64,000 bases of DNA from Pseudobdellovibrionaceae bacterium (GCA_044359815.1 JBIKLL010000003.1:32001-96000), one strand, 5' to 3'. Positions 1 through 9,918 are shown, counted from the stretch's first letter. The notes: generated by a model not told the origin, from the letters alone. Numbers and translations: made by a program.

Positions 1-73
1 CGCGCTTGCGGATACGGCGAGCGAAGTGAGGCACGGCACGGCTAGCGGGAATGAAGAAAGGTTTATGACTTAA

Positions 74-1048
74 ATGGCAGCAGAGAAAAAAGGTCAGACG
101 ATAGTCATTAAAAAGATCTACAACGTGGCCGCTGGTCACGGTGGAGCTTGGAAAGTTGCCTTGGCAGACTTTATGACTGCGATGATGGCCTTTTTCTTGG
201 TGATGTGGCTGTTATCACAGTCAGAAGAAACTAAAAAAGCCGTTTCAGATTATTTTTCAACTCCATCTATTATTGAATATAACTTTCAAAACTTTGGTGT
301 GGAAATCACTTTGGAAAAACTGTTTTTAGATTTGATTAATGAGCCACTCAAGGCCTTCCAATCATTTTTGGAACCCATAGATAAAACACCTAATCTGATG
401 GACATGGGGTCCGAGAAAGTGGTCGCCGCATTTATGGCCGATAAAATGCAAGATGTGGCCAAAAATGTGAATATAAATCCGGATGGTTTTGAATTTGATA
501 TTATGGATTACGAACTGTTTATTCCTGGTACTGCAAATCCCAATCAGAATTTTGTAACTAACATGGACAGGATCAAACACATTACCGTGGGATTAGAGGA
601 CGCTGAAATAAAAATTGAATCAAGACTTTTTAATCAATCAGTCAGTGGCAGTAACCCTGAACTGGCCAAGCAAGTAGCCAGTGAACGTGTTGATATTCTG
701 AAAAATAAAATTGCTGCATCACTGGAGCATCCAACTGTGGAAGTCACGGGCAGAGCTTTGGTTGAAAACAAAGGAAACTTTGTTGAGGGCCAGAGTCAGC
801 GTCCTCCGGGGATGATCAATATCAGAATCAAGATGAAGGAAGTCAAAGCTGACGGAAGTAAGCCCAGAAAACTGGATACTTTGTTTGGTAAGTCTGACAG
901 CAAAATGAATGTCTATGACAACTTTGTAAAACAATTGTCCGAGCAGAAAAAAAACGGTCGCAGTTCAAAAACTGAAAACCGTCGTAAATCTGATGAATCT
1001 GAAGCTGCTCCGACTGAAAATTCAGCTCCAAATAAAATTAAAAATTAG
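74..1048 (+). CDS. motB: Flagellar motor stator protein MotB family
   Basis: HGGAWKVALADFMTAMMAFFLVMWL MotB TM motif with the conserved Asp; diverged C-terminal periplasmic domain. Confidence 0.85.
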   Translation: MAAEKKGQTIVIKKIYNVAAGHGGAWKVALADFMTAMMAFFLVMWLLSQSEETKKAVSDYFSTPSIIEYNFQNFGVEITLEKLFLDLINEPLKAFQSFLEPIDKTPNLMDMGSEKVVAAFMADKMQDVAKNVNINPDGFEFDIMDYELFIPGTANPNQNFVTNMDRIKHITVGLEDAEIKIESRLFNQSVSGSNPELAKQVASERVDILKNKIAASLEHPTVEVTGRALVENKGNFVEGQSQRPPGMINIRIKMKEVKADGSKPRKLDTLFGKSDSKMNVYDNFVKQLSEQKKNGRSSKTENRRKSDESEAAPTENSAPNKIKN

Positions 1049-1751
1049 CTTTTAGCTCAGCGAAAAACATTGCCTTGGCACGGCCATTGAACTGCGATGG
1101 TGTCGATGTAACAGTGCTAACCAGTGCAAAAGAGCTGATGGCCCATTTGTAACGAAGAGCCACCCTGGTATCAAAATAATTGGTAAAGCCATCGGCTTGG
1201 ATCATTGAATAACCCGCAACAGTGTCCAAAAACATTCCCCACATTGGCCATTCTTTGCCAAAGGCAAACCAATACCGACCCTTGCGTTGAGCTTCGAAGT
1301 TATCTTCGTTTTCAATCAGCACATGATAAGTGTACAGGTTTAAATCAAAGCCCCATATGTTGCCATTTCTGGCAGGATCGGAAACATATCTTGAATATTT
1401 GTAGTTTGCTGTCAGATCCACACCTGCAGTGATATCAAATTTTAAATTTCCAACAATTCTGTAGTTAAAATGGTTGTCTTCGCCAACATATTTCACGTTG
1501 CTGCCCCAGATTCCTAAAAAACCCGACGTGTATTGCAACCCAAACGCCATCTGTCCTGCGGGTTCTTGTTCGGTTTGAGTTAGTCCCTTGTCTGTATAGT
1601 TTGTCAGCAACACGATTTCGGCCCCCAGTTTTGGGCCAGTGCCGGATTTGCTGTCAGTTTTTGATTGAGCCATGGTGTTGAAACTTGTGAAAGTAATCAA
1701 AATTGAAAAACCTAAAACTAAAAAAGTAAGTTTAATACCTAAATTGAACAT
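1038..1751 (-). CDS. Outer-membrane beta-barrel protein, TorF/TIGR02001-like putative porin (start uncertain; ORF track starts at 1784)
   Basis: Signal-like N-terminus, TNYTDKGLTQT...PAGQ and GFLGIWGSNV motifs, amphipathic strands, C-terminal Phe. Confidence 0.7.
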   Translation of the reverse strand: MFNLGIKLTFLVLGFSILITFTSFNTMAQSKTDSKSGTGPKLGAEIVLLTNYTDKGLTQTEQEPAGQMAFGLQYTSGFLGIWGSNVKYVGEDNHFNYRIVGNLKFDITAGVDLTANYKYSRYVSDPARNGNIWGFDLNLYTYHVLIENEDNFEAQRKGRYWFAFGKEWPMWGMFLDTVAGYSMIQADGFTNYFDTRVALRYKWAISSFALVSTVTSTPSQFNGRAKAMFFAELKANF

Positions 1752-1858
1752 CCAATTAATATTACTCAAAAATTTGCCAATCAAAAACTACAAGATTTAA
1801 TCACCTGGACTTCTGGATAACTGGACATCACAAAATGCTGATGATATGGACATCTTCT

Positions 1859-2668
1859 ATGTCTGTAACTCTGATAGCCTTTGACACTGAAACTTCTGGC
1901 GCCTTTCCGATCGGCTCTGAAATAGTCGAGTTTGCTGCGGTTAAATGGCGCGATGGGCAGATCGTCGATAAATTTCAAACATTGTTGAAGCCCTCTGTAC
2001 CCATGAGTGATTTTATTATCAAGATTCACGGGATCACCAATCAGATGGTTCAGGACGCGCCTTTGATGAAGGACAAAATTTCTGAAATTCATAGTTTTTT
2101 GTCTGATGGTATACCGTTGGCCCATCATGCGGCCTTTGACATGGGTTTTTTAGCTATCGAGTTTGAAAAACATAATTTGCCCATGCTCAGTCAGAAAGTT
2201 CTATGCACTTCGCTGCTGGCCCGAAACGTAATTACGGGCACACCGAATCATAAATTACAGACTTTGATCCCGTTTTTAAAAATCAAACAGGGGACTGCTC
2301 ACCGTGCCTTGGATGATAGCGAAGCTTGTTTGCAGGTTGGGATTCACTGCCTGCAGAAAATAGAATGCTTGGATGATCCAGAAAAAGCCTTCGCCAAAAT
2401 TAATTGCAGTTTTAAATGGCAGGATTTTTTAGTTCTCAAATCGGGTAGCGATAAAATTAAAATCATCGTCGAAGCCATTGAAAAAAAGTTGCCAATGGAT
2501 TTGATTTATTTTGGCGGATCCACACAAGGTCAATCGCGCAGGATTTCACCTGTCGGTTTGGTCAGAACTCCGGAAGGGGATTTTGTGCAGGCTCTTTGTC
2601 ACCGAGATAATTCTTATAAGCGTTTTTACGTCGACAAGATGAAAGACCCTCAGCTGGGATTAGTATAA
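1859..2668 (+). CDS. DEDDh (DnaQ-like) 3'-5' exonuclease with C-terminal WYL-like domain
   Basis: FDTETSG, HHAAFD and HRALDD exonuclease motifs; C-terminal AIEKK..MDLIY...RRISPVGL...ALCHRDNSYKRFYVDKM resembles WYL. Confidence 0.8.
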   Translation: MSVTLIAFDTETSGAFPIGSEIVEFAAVKWRDGQIVDKFQTLLKPSVPMSDFIIKIHGITNQMVQDAPLMKDKISEIHSFLSDGIPLAHHAAFDMGFLAIEFEKHNLPMLSQKVLCTSLLARNVITGTPNHKLQTLIPFLKIKQGTAHRALDDSEACLQVGIHCLQKIECLDDPEKAFAKINCSFKWQDFLVLKSGSDKIKIIVEAIEKKLPMDLIYFGGSTQGQSRRISPVGLVRTPEGDFVQALCHRDNSYKRFYVDKMKDPQLGLV

Positions 2669-2682
2669 AGAGCTATCAGCTA

Positions 2683-2917
2683 CTGCTAATTATAAATTTG
2701 GAACCGCCCCATCTTTGTTACTGAAAATAAAATTTAGAATTTTAAATATTTGTTTTTACATAAAAAGACCCTCTGCGGAGCCTGGACGGCGGGGGCACGG
2801 CCCGAGCAGAGAAGCAGGAGCTGTGGTCTTTTTATGTAAAAACAAATATTTAAAATTCTAAATTTTATTTTCAGTAACGAAGATGGGGGTTAGTTGGTTC
2901 AAATTTCTAATTAGCAG
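2683..2917. repeat. Long inverted repeat element 1 (64-bp arms, GC-rich loop, 18-bp outer arms)
   Basis: 2707-2770 vs 2825-2888 are 63/64 reverse-complementary; 2683-2700 vs 2900-2917 are 17/18; lies between convergent genes. Confidence 0.95.
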
Positions 2918-3533
2918 GTGCAAATTCGACAGTGGTTGAGCCCGCAGGCCCAGTCAAAGTCAGTTTGGATTCACTGGCTTCTGCCATAGAAGTTGGCAAA
3001 GAAAAAGTTATTTTATACGGAGTGCTCCAACGATTAAAATGCGGATACAGGGCGACCAGTTCGGCCGGCAGTGTTTTTAGTTTTTCTGCTTTGCCTTCGT
3101 AGCGCTTACCAGACACATCCAAAAATATTTTCCATAAAGTTTTTGGTTTATTTAAATCGTCTAATTTTCGATCCGGAACATAGAAGCTAAAAAAAATCGT
3201 CGTCAGATTGGAAAGCTCAGATTCCCTTTTGGATTTTTCGGAACTGTACTGCAGCTCACTCCATTGATAGATCCTGGCATATTGATCGACCTGCAGTCGG
3301 GAAACCTTGGTATTCATCAGTGTCGCATAAAATTCAAAAGCCGCATGAAAGCCATCATAAATCTGTTTTCTTTCGGTAGAGTCTTTTACTGCCGAAAAAT
3401 ATTCGCTTTCAGATGTCAAAGTCAGGTTGGGATTGTTGTGAGTGGTTTGGCATCCTGACAATGCAAGAACTAAAATTCCAAAAAGCAGTGTTTTATTTAA
3501 AATAGATTTTTGATGTCTGTTGAATCTGAACAT
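2907..3533 (-). CDS. Hypothetical lipoprotein
   Basis: Signal peptide with lipobox LSGC; 208-aa ORF. Confidence 0.7.
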   Translation of the reverse strand: MFRFNRHQKSILNKTLLFGILVLALSGCQTTHNNPNLTLTSESEYFSAVKDSTERKQIYDGFHAAFEFYATLMNTKVSRLQVDQYARIYQWSELQYSSEKSKRESELSNLTTIFFSFYVPDRKLDDLNKPKTLWKIFLDVSGKRYEGKAEKLKTLPAELVALYPHFNRWSTPYKITFSLPTSMAEASESKLTLTGPAGSTTVEFAPAN

Positions 3534-3565
3534 ACTGCTATATCAGCCTGTCCGAATATTTGTGG

Positions 3566-5215
3566 TCAAGTCAAAATTGTATCAGAAGCTTTTTTGTTTT
3601 CAAAATCCAATGGCTCCCAGGCAGACACGGGACAATCGATGTTGTAATGTATGCCTCGAGATTCCTTGCGGCGGAGTGCGCATTCAACAGTCAGCTTGGC
3701 AAAGGTTGCTATGTTTCGCAGTTCTAAAATATTTGGATGCACCTTCATGTTGTCATAGTAATCTTTAACTTCACTTTGAATCAGCTGCAGTCGGTGCAGG
3801 GCTCGGTCCAACCGTTTGTTGGATCTGACTATGCCAACATAATTCCACATCAATGTTCTGACCTCATCCCACATATGATGAATCACTGCCATTTCATCAG
3901 CATCGGTATTTTGAGGGGCCACCCACTGTTGAATCTGCAGTGGTGAAAGCGGCTGGCGCTTTTTTGATATTTCTAGGTAGCAATTATGAGACATGCAAAG
4001 GCATTCCAGCAAACTGTTCGAAGCCAATCGGTTGGCTCCGTGAAAGCCTGTGCAGGCAGTTTCCCCAATGGCAAACAGGCCCGTGATGTCAGTGTTTCCA
4101 TTAAGGTCAGTCAGAACTCCACCGCACAGATAATGGGCTGCGGGAACCACTGGAATTGGCTTTTCAGAAATATCTAATCCCAGCTCTAAGCACCGTTGGT
4201 AAATAACAGGAAATCGTTCCGCCAAAAACTGTTTTGAAAATTTGCTGGTATCTAGAAACACACAGGGCTCACCCGATTTTTTAATTTCTGAATCAATAAA
4301 TCTGGCGACGATATCCCTGGGAGCTAACGAGCCTTTTTCGTGATGTTTTTTCATGAAAGCATCGCCTTGATGATTGATCAATTCGGCGCCTTCGCCCCGA
4401 AGCGCTTCGCTGATCAAGAAATTTCTGGAATCTTTGTGATAAAGACAAGTCGGATGAAACTGCATAAACTCCAGATTAGCGACGCGAGCCCCTGCTCTGT
4501 GTGCCATCGCGATGCCGTCCCCGGTAGCTCCTGTCCAATTGGAAGTGTAAAGATAAGCGCGACCCGCTCCACCAGTCGCCAAAATTGTGTGAGCAGATTT
4601 GAAAGCCACAACATGGCCAGAATTTTTATCTAAAACATAAGCGCCTATGCATTTGTTGGGTCCAACGCTCAGGCGATCAACAGTTTTGTTCAGCACCAGA
4701 TCAACAACGTAATGTTGCTCAAAAATATGGATATTTGATTGCTTTAAAACTTGGGCCAAAACTGTGCGATGGATTTCGCCGCCAGTGTGATCCTCAACGT
4801 GTAAAATCCTGCGATAATCATGACCGCCTTCTTTGGTTAAATCGATGTTTTTACTGTCTTTCTTAAGGTCAAATTGGACTCCCCATTTTAGCAAGTCATT
4901 GATCCGTTCGGGGGCTTGTTCTACATAATTTTTAACCACTTCGGGGTGGCATAGACCCGCCCCTGCACGCAAAGTGTCAAAAATATGATTTTCAAAACTG
5001 TCTTCGCTGGAAATTGCGGCTGCAATTCCACCTTGGGCCCAATTGGTGTTTGTGCTTTTTGCTTTATCTTTAGTCACAATTGCGACTGTGCCCAGCTGGC
5101 AAGCCTTCAGGGCAAAGGAAAGCCCAGCCAGTCCAGAGCCAATGACCAAAAAATCATATTCAAATTTGCGATTTGAATATGAATCAGTTTTTGTATTTTC
5201 AGAATGTGAATTCAT
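3566..5215 (-). CDS. nadB: L-aspartate oxidase
   Basis: GSGLAG FAD motif, AQGGIAA, EGGH, QFHPT, LISEALRGEG, HGANRLASNSLLE, ESRGIHY. Confidence 0.95.
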   Translation of the reverse strand: MNSHSENTKTDSYSNRKFEYDFLVIGSGLAGLSFALKACQLGTVAIVTKDKAKSTNTNWAQGGIAAAISSEDSFENHIFDTLRAGAGLCHPEVVKNYVEQAPERINDLLKWGVQFDLKKDSKNIDLTKEGGHDYRRILHVEDHTGGEIHRTVLAQVLKQSNIHIFEQHYVVDLVLNKTVDRLSVGPNKCIGAYVLDKNSGHVVAFKSAHTILATGGAGRAYLYTSNWTGATGDGIAMAHRAGARVANLEFMQFHPTCLYHKDSRNFLISEALRGEGAELINHQGDAFMKKHHEKGSLAPRDIVARFIDSEIKKSGEPCVFLDTSKFSKQFLAERFPVIYQRCLELGLDISEKPIPVVPAAHYLCGGVLTDLNGNTDITGLFAIGETACTGFHGANRLASNSLLECLCMSHNCYLEISKKRQPLSPLQIQQWVAPQNTDADEMAVIHHMWDEVRTLMWNYVGIVRSNKRLDRALHRLQLIQSEVKDYYDNMKVHPNILELRNIATFAKLTVECALRRKESRGIHYNIDCPVSAWEPLDFENKKASDTILT

Positions 5216-5312
5216 TTTTAGAATTTCCAATCAGTATTCAGCTATTCCGAGAGCACTCTTACTTGATTTGTCAGGAAAGCTCAAAGACAATATTTCAGAG
5301 GCGGTAGCAAGG

Positions 5313-7391
5313 ATGAGGCTGCAAACAATTTCAATAGTTGTCATCACTCTTTTGGTTTTTTTAGGAGTGGTTATTTGGCGGGTAGATCGATTGATGATGT
5401 CACCGCAAACAAATGTGCTTGAGAGCAATTCCAAGGCTCATGTGTCGGCTATTGCCAATAGTTTCAAAAATGAATTAGACGGACTGACCAAGCAATTGCA
5501 AAAAGGCATTTTGGTGGAAAATGACCAAAGGGCCATGGACGTCATGCCAGCATTTGAAGCCATTGCGGTAATGAAATCCAATGGCGGCGGCGGATTGATC
5601 AGTTCTCGTGTTTTGGCTATCGCCAATTCAAAAGCCAAAGACTGGTTGCCAGCTTCGGGATTGCAGTCTTTGAATCTTAAACAGAGCGGAATATTTTTAG
5701 TCCGAGACTACGGCCGACAGAATCGATTGATGATGACTGTTTCAACCAAAGATAATTTAGTGATCGTTGGTCTGCTGCAGTCAAATTTTTTACAAAAGTT
5801 CATCGACCGCCAACAGGGATTTATGGCAGAGCTCGCTGTGGTAAACACCGACGGTGTTGCCTTGGCTCATTCGACGGCTGAATACGTCGGGACCTCGCTG
5901 AAAAATGATCCTATCGTTCAAGACATTTTAAATCAGGGGCTTCCCAATGGCAGCGGCACTTATGAGAATGCAAAAGGTGATTTGTTGCAATCGCATTTTG
6001 AACAGGTCTCTGCCAGTAATTTGTATTTGATTTCTAACATTGCCCTCAGTGTCCTAAATGGCGAACGCATTAACACCATATTTCAGATTTCATTAATGGG
6101 TCTGGGATTTTTGCTGCTGTTAGTGGGTGTGTTGTATGTTCTGATTCCCAAAAATAAAATCGCTGCCGACAACAGGGATTTAAATGAGCCCGTGGTTATC
6201 AATCCAATGTTGACAGCTATGAGCACTCCAGGGATCAGCATGGGCAGCGAGGAACGATTGCAAGTGTTTCAGCAAGTCGCCTCATCGTTGGCTCATGAGT
6301 TAAATCCCAAGCTGAATTCATTATTTTACCATGTTCAGTTATTGAAAAAGAATCTGGAAAATTCAGATAAGGCAAAAGAGTACACGACCAGTATCGAATC
6401 TCAAGTACGAGCACAAAAAGCCTTAGTTGGTAAACTTATGGGGTTTGCAGGTGAGGACAAATTGAAAATTGAAGAGTGTCAGCTGGAAGAAGTTGTCACG
6501 AAAGCTCTCAAAAGTGTTGAGGGAAAGATTCTGCAAAAGAAAATCCAGGTGCAAAAACACTTTATGACCAAGCCTTCGTTTCAGATGTCAAAGGACCAGG
6601 TTCAAAAAATTTTGGAGGCTGTTTTGATGAATGCAGTTGAAAGCATGGAACGAGTCGCCAGAAAAGAAATTTCGGTTTCAGTCATGCAACAAAACGAAAT
6701 GGTTTTTTTACAAGTGCAAGACACTGGAGAAGGAATTCCTGCTGATAAAATTAAAAAAATATTTGATCCCTTTTACACATCTAAGCCCACTATCAAACAT
6801 GCGGGACTGGGATTATCTACGGCGTTGGGGCTGGTTAAAGAAATGAATGGTGACATCGAAGTCACTAGCGAAGTCGGAAAGGGGTCTATAGTGACAATAA
6901 AACTGGATACCAATTGGAAGGCACACAGTGATAAATTATTAAATGAAACCAGTGATAAGCCACTGAACGATACCGCAGCTACAGCACAGTTGCCGCAAGT
7001 AAAACTGCCGACTGCAAAAGTGGATTTAAATTCAGATGTCAGTGCTGTCGAACCCAAGGTCGAAGCTTCAAAAGCCGTTAGGCGCAGCATGAGGTCCTTG
7101 GATGTCAGAGCCACCGAAAAGCTTTACGATGATGATAAAACCGAACTGTCCAATCCCAATATTTTAGCTGACGATTCAGTTGAAAAAATGTTGGATTCAG
7201 AAGAGCTATCAGTTGAGCCCTTGTCACCAGAAGTCATGCCGAATCTTGAAAAAATCGCCTTTGAAAAGAAAATCAGCTCACCCAAGCTGGGTAATCCCCT
7301 GCAGGTGAAAGTCAAAAATTCTGTGTTGGATGATTATACTGTGGAAATCCGCGCACCCAAATCTAAAGACAAGGAGCAAGTGATTTCATGA
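5313..7391 (+). CDS. Membrane sensor histidine kinase (periplasmic Cache-like region, HisKA, HATPase_c, disordered C-tail)
   Basis: Two TM segments; LAHELN H-box, MNAVESM N-box, DTGEGI G1, FDPFYTSK F-box, AGLGLS G2. ATG 5313 chosen because the longer ORF overlaps nadB. Confidence 0.85.
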   Translation: MRLQTISIVVITLLVFLGVVIWRVDRLMMSPQTNVLESNSKAHVSAIANSFKNELDGLTKQLQKGILVENDQRAMDVMPAFEAIAVMKSNGGGGLISSRVLAIANSKAKDWLPASGLQSLNLKQSGIFLVRDYGRQNRLMMTVSTKDNLVIVGLLQSNFLQKFIDRQQGFMAELAVVNTDGVALAHSTAEYVGTSLKNDPIVQDILNQGLPNGSGTYENAKGDLLQSHFEQVSASNLYLISNIALSVLNGERINTIFQISLMGLGFLLLLVGVLYVLIPKNKIAADNRDLNEPVVINPMLTAMSTPGISMGSEERLQVFQQVASSLAHELNPKLNSLFYHVQLLKKNLENSDKAKEYTTSIESQVRAQKALVGKLMGFAGEDKLKIEECQLEEVVTKALKSVEGKILQKKIQVQKHFMTKPSFQMSKDQVQKILEAVLMNAVESMERVARKEISVSVMQQNEMVFLQVQDTGEGIPADKIKKIFDPFYTSKPTIKHAGLGLSTALGLVKEMNGDIEVTSEVGKGSIVTIKLDTNWKAHSDKLLNETSDKPLNDTAATAQLPQVKLPTAKVDLNSDVSAVEPKVEASKAVRRSMRSLDVRATEKLYDDDKTELSNPNILADDSVEKMLDSEELSVEPLSPEVMPNLEKIAFEKKISSPKLGNPLQVKVKNSVLDDYTVEIRAPKSKDKEQVIS

Positions 7392-8812
7392 AAATTGAAA
7401 TGAAGTCGCATTTTAATATCGCAATTTTGTTTTTAAAAAAGGACCTGGGGGCCGAAGTCAGAACCGAACTGATTGGTGCAGGTTATTCGGCAACTTTTTG
7501 TCATAACGAAAAAGACATCTACGATTTGGTTAAATCTAAACCGCCCCACATAATATTGTTTCATCCAGAGGCCTTGGGCACCAGTATGAATGAATTCATT
7601 CAGCAGATTTTAAATGATAATAACGAAATTCAATTTGTGACTGTAGCGCCGGCGGTTCACACTAAACTGGTTTCTGAATACAGACCATTCAATCTGAAGG
7701 CAGTTGTCCCTGAGGGCGAACACCTGTCACTGCGGATAAACTGGGTGATTGATCAGATGACTGAGGCTTTGTACGGACTTTATCAAAACGAAAAACTGTA
7801 TCAAGATTTGCAGGACAGGCCTGCGGTCAGCGCAAATCCTGAAGGCACTTATCAATGGTTTTCAAAAGTGAAAAATCATTTTGAAGACTGTAAAGACCGT
7901 GATGATTTGGTGACAAATTATTTTAGCTTGATCGAACAACCAATTGTGTTTCTGAAAGTGCTTCCGACCCTGCAGTCCATTGTGTTGACTAATGGGGCTC
8001 ATATCGATTGGGAAAAATTCAAAGATAAGAACCTAAGGCTTTCCAAGGAAGAAATGGATTTGATCAAAAACGGTCATGATCAAAATTCGGCGCCCATTTG
8101 GTTGAAGGTTTGGATGGAAGAAACTTTTACTCAAGAGAAATACAGCATCAGGGCCATTTACATAAATGAAACTTTGATCGGAATGTTTCTCAGCTGGGGA
8201 CAGTCGCCATTGCCTCTGGACCAGGCAGATATTTTGGATTCGATGTTTTCAGTTTACTTTGATAAAATTCATTCACAGCAAATGCATGAAGGCCGTGAAT
8301 TGCTGGATCCCACGACCAATATGTACAATCGCAAGGCTTATTATTTGCGACTGGAGGAAGAGGTCGCCAGAGCAGACCGGACCACTCAGCCCTTGTGTTT
8401 ATTGAAATTGGCTTTGGACAACAAAGACAAAGTCGAAAAGGCCATTGGCAAAAAGAATTTTGAAATCATCATCAAAAATATTTCGCAGCTGTTAAAAAAA
8501 TCCAGCAGGTTAAATGATTCAGCAGCCAGAACTAATGATGCTGAGTTCACCTTGATTTTATCAGACAGCAATAAAGACGGGGCTTTGGTTCGTGCAGAAA
8601 GACTGCGGCAGGTGGTGGAAGGCCATGCCTTTGTTGAAGGATTAAAAATAACCGTCAGTTGTGGGATTTCCGAATACCCCAAACTGGCCAACAGCTTTTC
8701 GGAATTAGATATTACCTGTGACAAGGCTTTGCGGGCAGCATTTGAAAATGGCGGAAACAAAGTTTGTTTGTACTCAAAGGACCAGCGAAAGGTTCAATTG
8801 GAGGTTGATTGA
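7388..8812 (+). CDS. Degenerate GGDEF protein with pseudo-receiver N-terminus (likely c-di-GMP receptor)
   Basis: DPTTNMYNR, RLND I-site, ARTNDAEF replacing RxGGDEF, ITVSCGIS; REC-like N-terminus lacks the acceptor Asp (PPHIILFH). Confidence 0.8.
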   Translation: MKIEMKSHFNIAILFLKKDLGAEVRTELIGAGYSATFCHNEKDIYDLVKSKPPHIILFHPEALGTSMNEFIQQILNDNNEIQFVTVAPAVHTKLVSEYRPFNLKAVVPEGEHLSLRINWVIDQMTEALYGLYQNEKLYQDLQDRPAVSANPEGTYQWFSKVKNHFEDCKDRDDLVTNYFSLIEQPIVFLKVLPTLQSIVLTNGAHIDWEKFKDKNLRLSKEEMDLIKNGHDQNSAPIWLKVWMEETFTQEKYSIRAIYINETLIGMFLSWGQSPLPLDQADILDSMFSVYFDKIHSQQMHEGRELLDPTTNMYNRKAYYLRLEEEVARADRTTQPLCLLKLALDNKDKVEKAIGKKNFEIIIKNISQLLKKSSRLNDSAARTNDAEFTLILSDSNKDGALVRAERLRQVVEGHAFVEGLKITVSCGISEYPKLANSFSELDITCDKALRAAFENGGNKVCLYSKDQRKVQLEVD

Positions 8813-9918
8813 ATTTTCGACCAACCAGAGCCATTATCCGTTTGGATTTTTTAAAGCAGAACTTCAAAATTCTGAAAGCTTTAAATAACAATTTATTTAT
8901 TTGTCCCATGGTCAAGGCCAATGCCTATGGGCATGGCAGTGTGGAAGTTTCAAATGCTTTGATTCAAGCTGGAGCTACCCATCTGGGGGTGGCTTTGGTG
9001 GAGGAAGCTTTGGTATTGCGACAGCAGAAAATCAATTCTGATATTTTGGTATTCGGTGGGTTTGACAACCAAAGTGTTAATCAGATTGTGCAGCATAAAC
9101 TAACGCCGGTGATTGGGACATTGGAAAACTTAAAAATGCTTTCGATGGCCGGTGTGGCTGTGAACATCCATTTAAAAATTGATACGGGCATGCACAGAAT
9201 GGGAATTTTGCCTGAACAAGTCGAACAGGCAATCACCCTTATCAAAAATTCTGGCAAAATAAATTTGGTTGGATTAGCCACCCATTTATTAAGCGGGCAC
9301 GAAGCCAGCAGCTCTGAAGCTCAATTGCAAAAATTTGATAAAGCCCTTCTGAAATTTCAAAACACTAACATGGTTAAACATGTTTTTAATTCAACGGGTC
9401 TATTGTGTTCAGCAAAAAATCACATTCAATATGGATCCAGACCTGGGATTTTGCTTTACGGTCCCTGCCCCAATCTGCCACAGCAGCAGCTCAGTCAATT
9501 TAAACAAGTCATGACCCTCAGAACAAAAGTCATCAGGTATCATCATCTGCGTCCAGGTGATACGGTCTCTTACGGAGCGACGTGGACAGCTCAGCAGGAA
9601 TCAATTATCGCTGTTTTGCCGGTGGGTTATGCAGATGGGGTCAAGAGATCCCTTTCCAATAAGGGCACAGTGTTATTTAAGAACCAAAAAGCAAAAATAG
9701 TAGGCACCGTCTGCATGGATTACACAATGATTGATGTGACCCACATTGTTGGAAGCGGAGCTGCTAATTCTATAGCACTTGAAGAGGTCACTATATTTGG
9801 ATACGACAGTGACAATCATTTTATTTCGGTTCAAGAAATGGCAGAGGCCGCTGGAACGATATCTTACGAAATGATGACGGGCCTGGGGGGGCGAGTGCCA
9901 AGGGAATTTGTTCAATGA
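8809..9918 (+). CDS. alr: Alanine racemase
   Basis: MVKANAYGHG PLP-Lys motif, HLKIDTGMHRMG, VSYG, PVGYADG, GTVCMD. Confidence 0.95.
   Translation: MNFRPTRAIIRLDFLKQNFKILKALNNNLFICPMVKANAYGHGSVEVSNALIQAGATHLGVALVEEALVLRQQKINSDILVFGGFDNQSVNQIVQHKLTPVIGTLENLKMLSMAGVAVNIHLKIDTGMHRMGILPEQVEQAITLIKNSGKINLVGLATHLLSGHEASSSEAQLQKFDKALLKFQNTNMVKHVFNSTGLLCSAKNHIQYGSRPGILLYGPCPNLPQQQLSQFKQVMTLRTKVIRYHHLRPGDTVSYGATWTAQQESIIAVLPVGYADGVKRSLSNKGTVLFKNQKAKIVGTVCMDYTMIDVTHIVGSGAANSIALEEVTIFGYDSDNHFISVQEMAEAAGTISYEMMTGLGGRVPREFVQ

Noticed and set aside
74..1048. Zorya ZorB anti-phage component
   Set aside because: The N-terminus is typical of flagellar MotB and no zorC/D/E genes follow.
5043..5312. N-terminal extension of the histidine kinase in the ORF track
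   Set aside because: Overlaps nadB on the opposite strand; ATG 5313 directly precedes the first TM.
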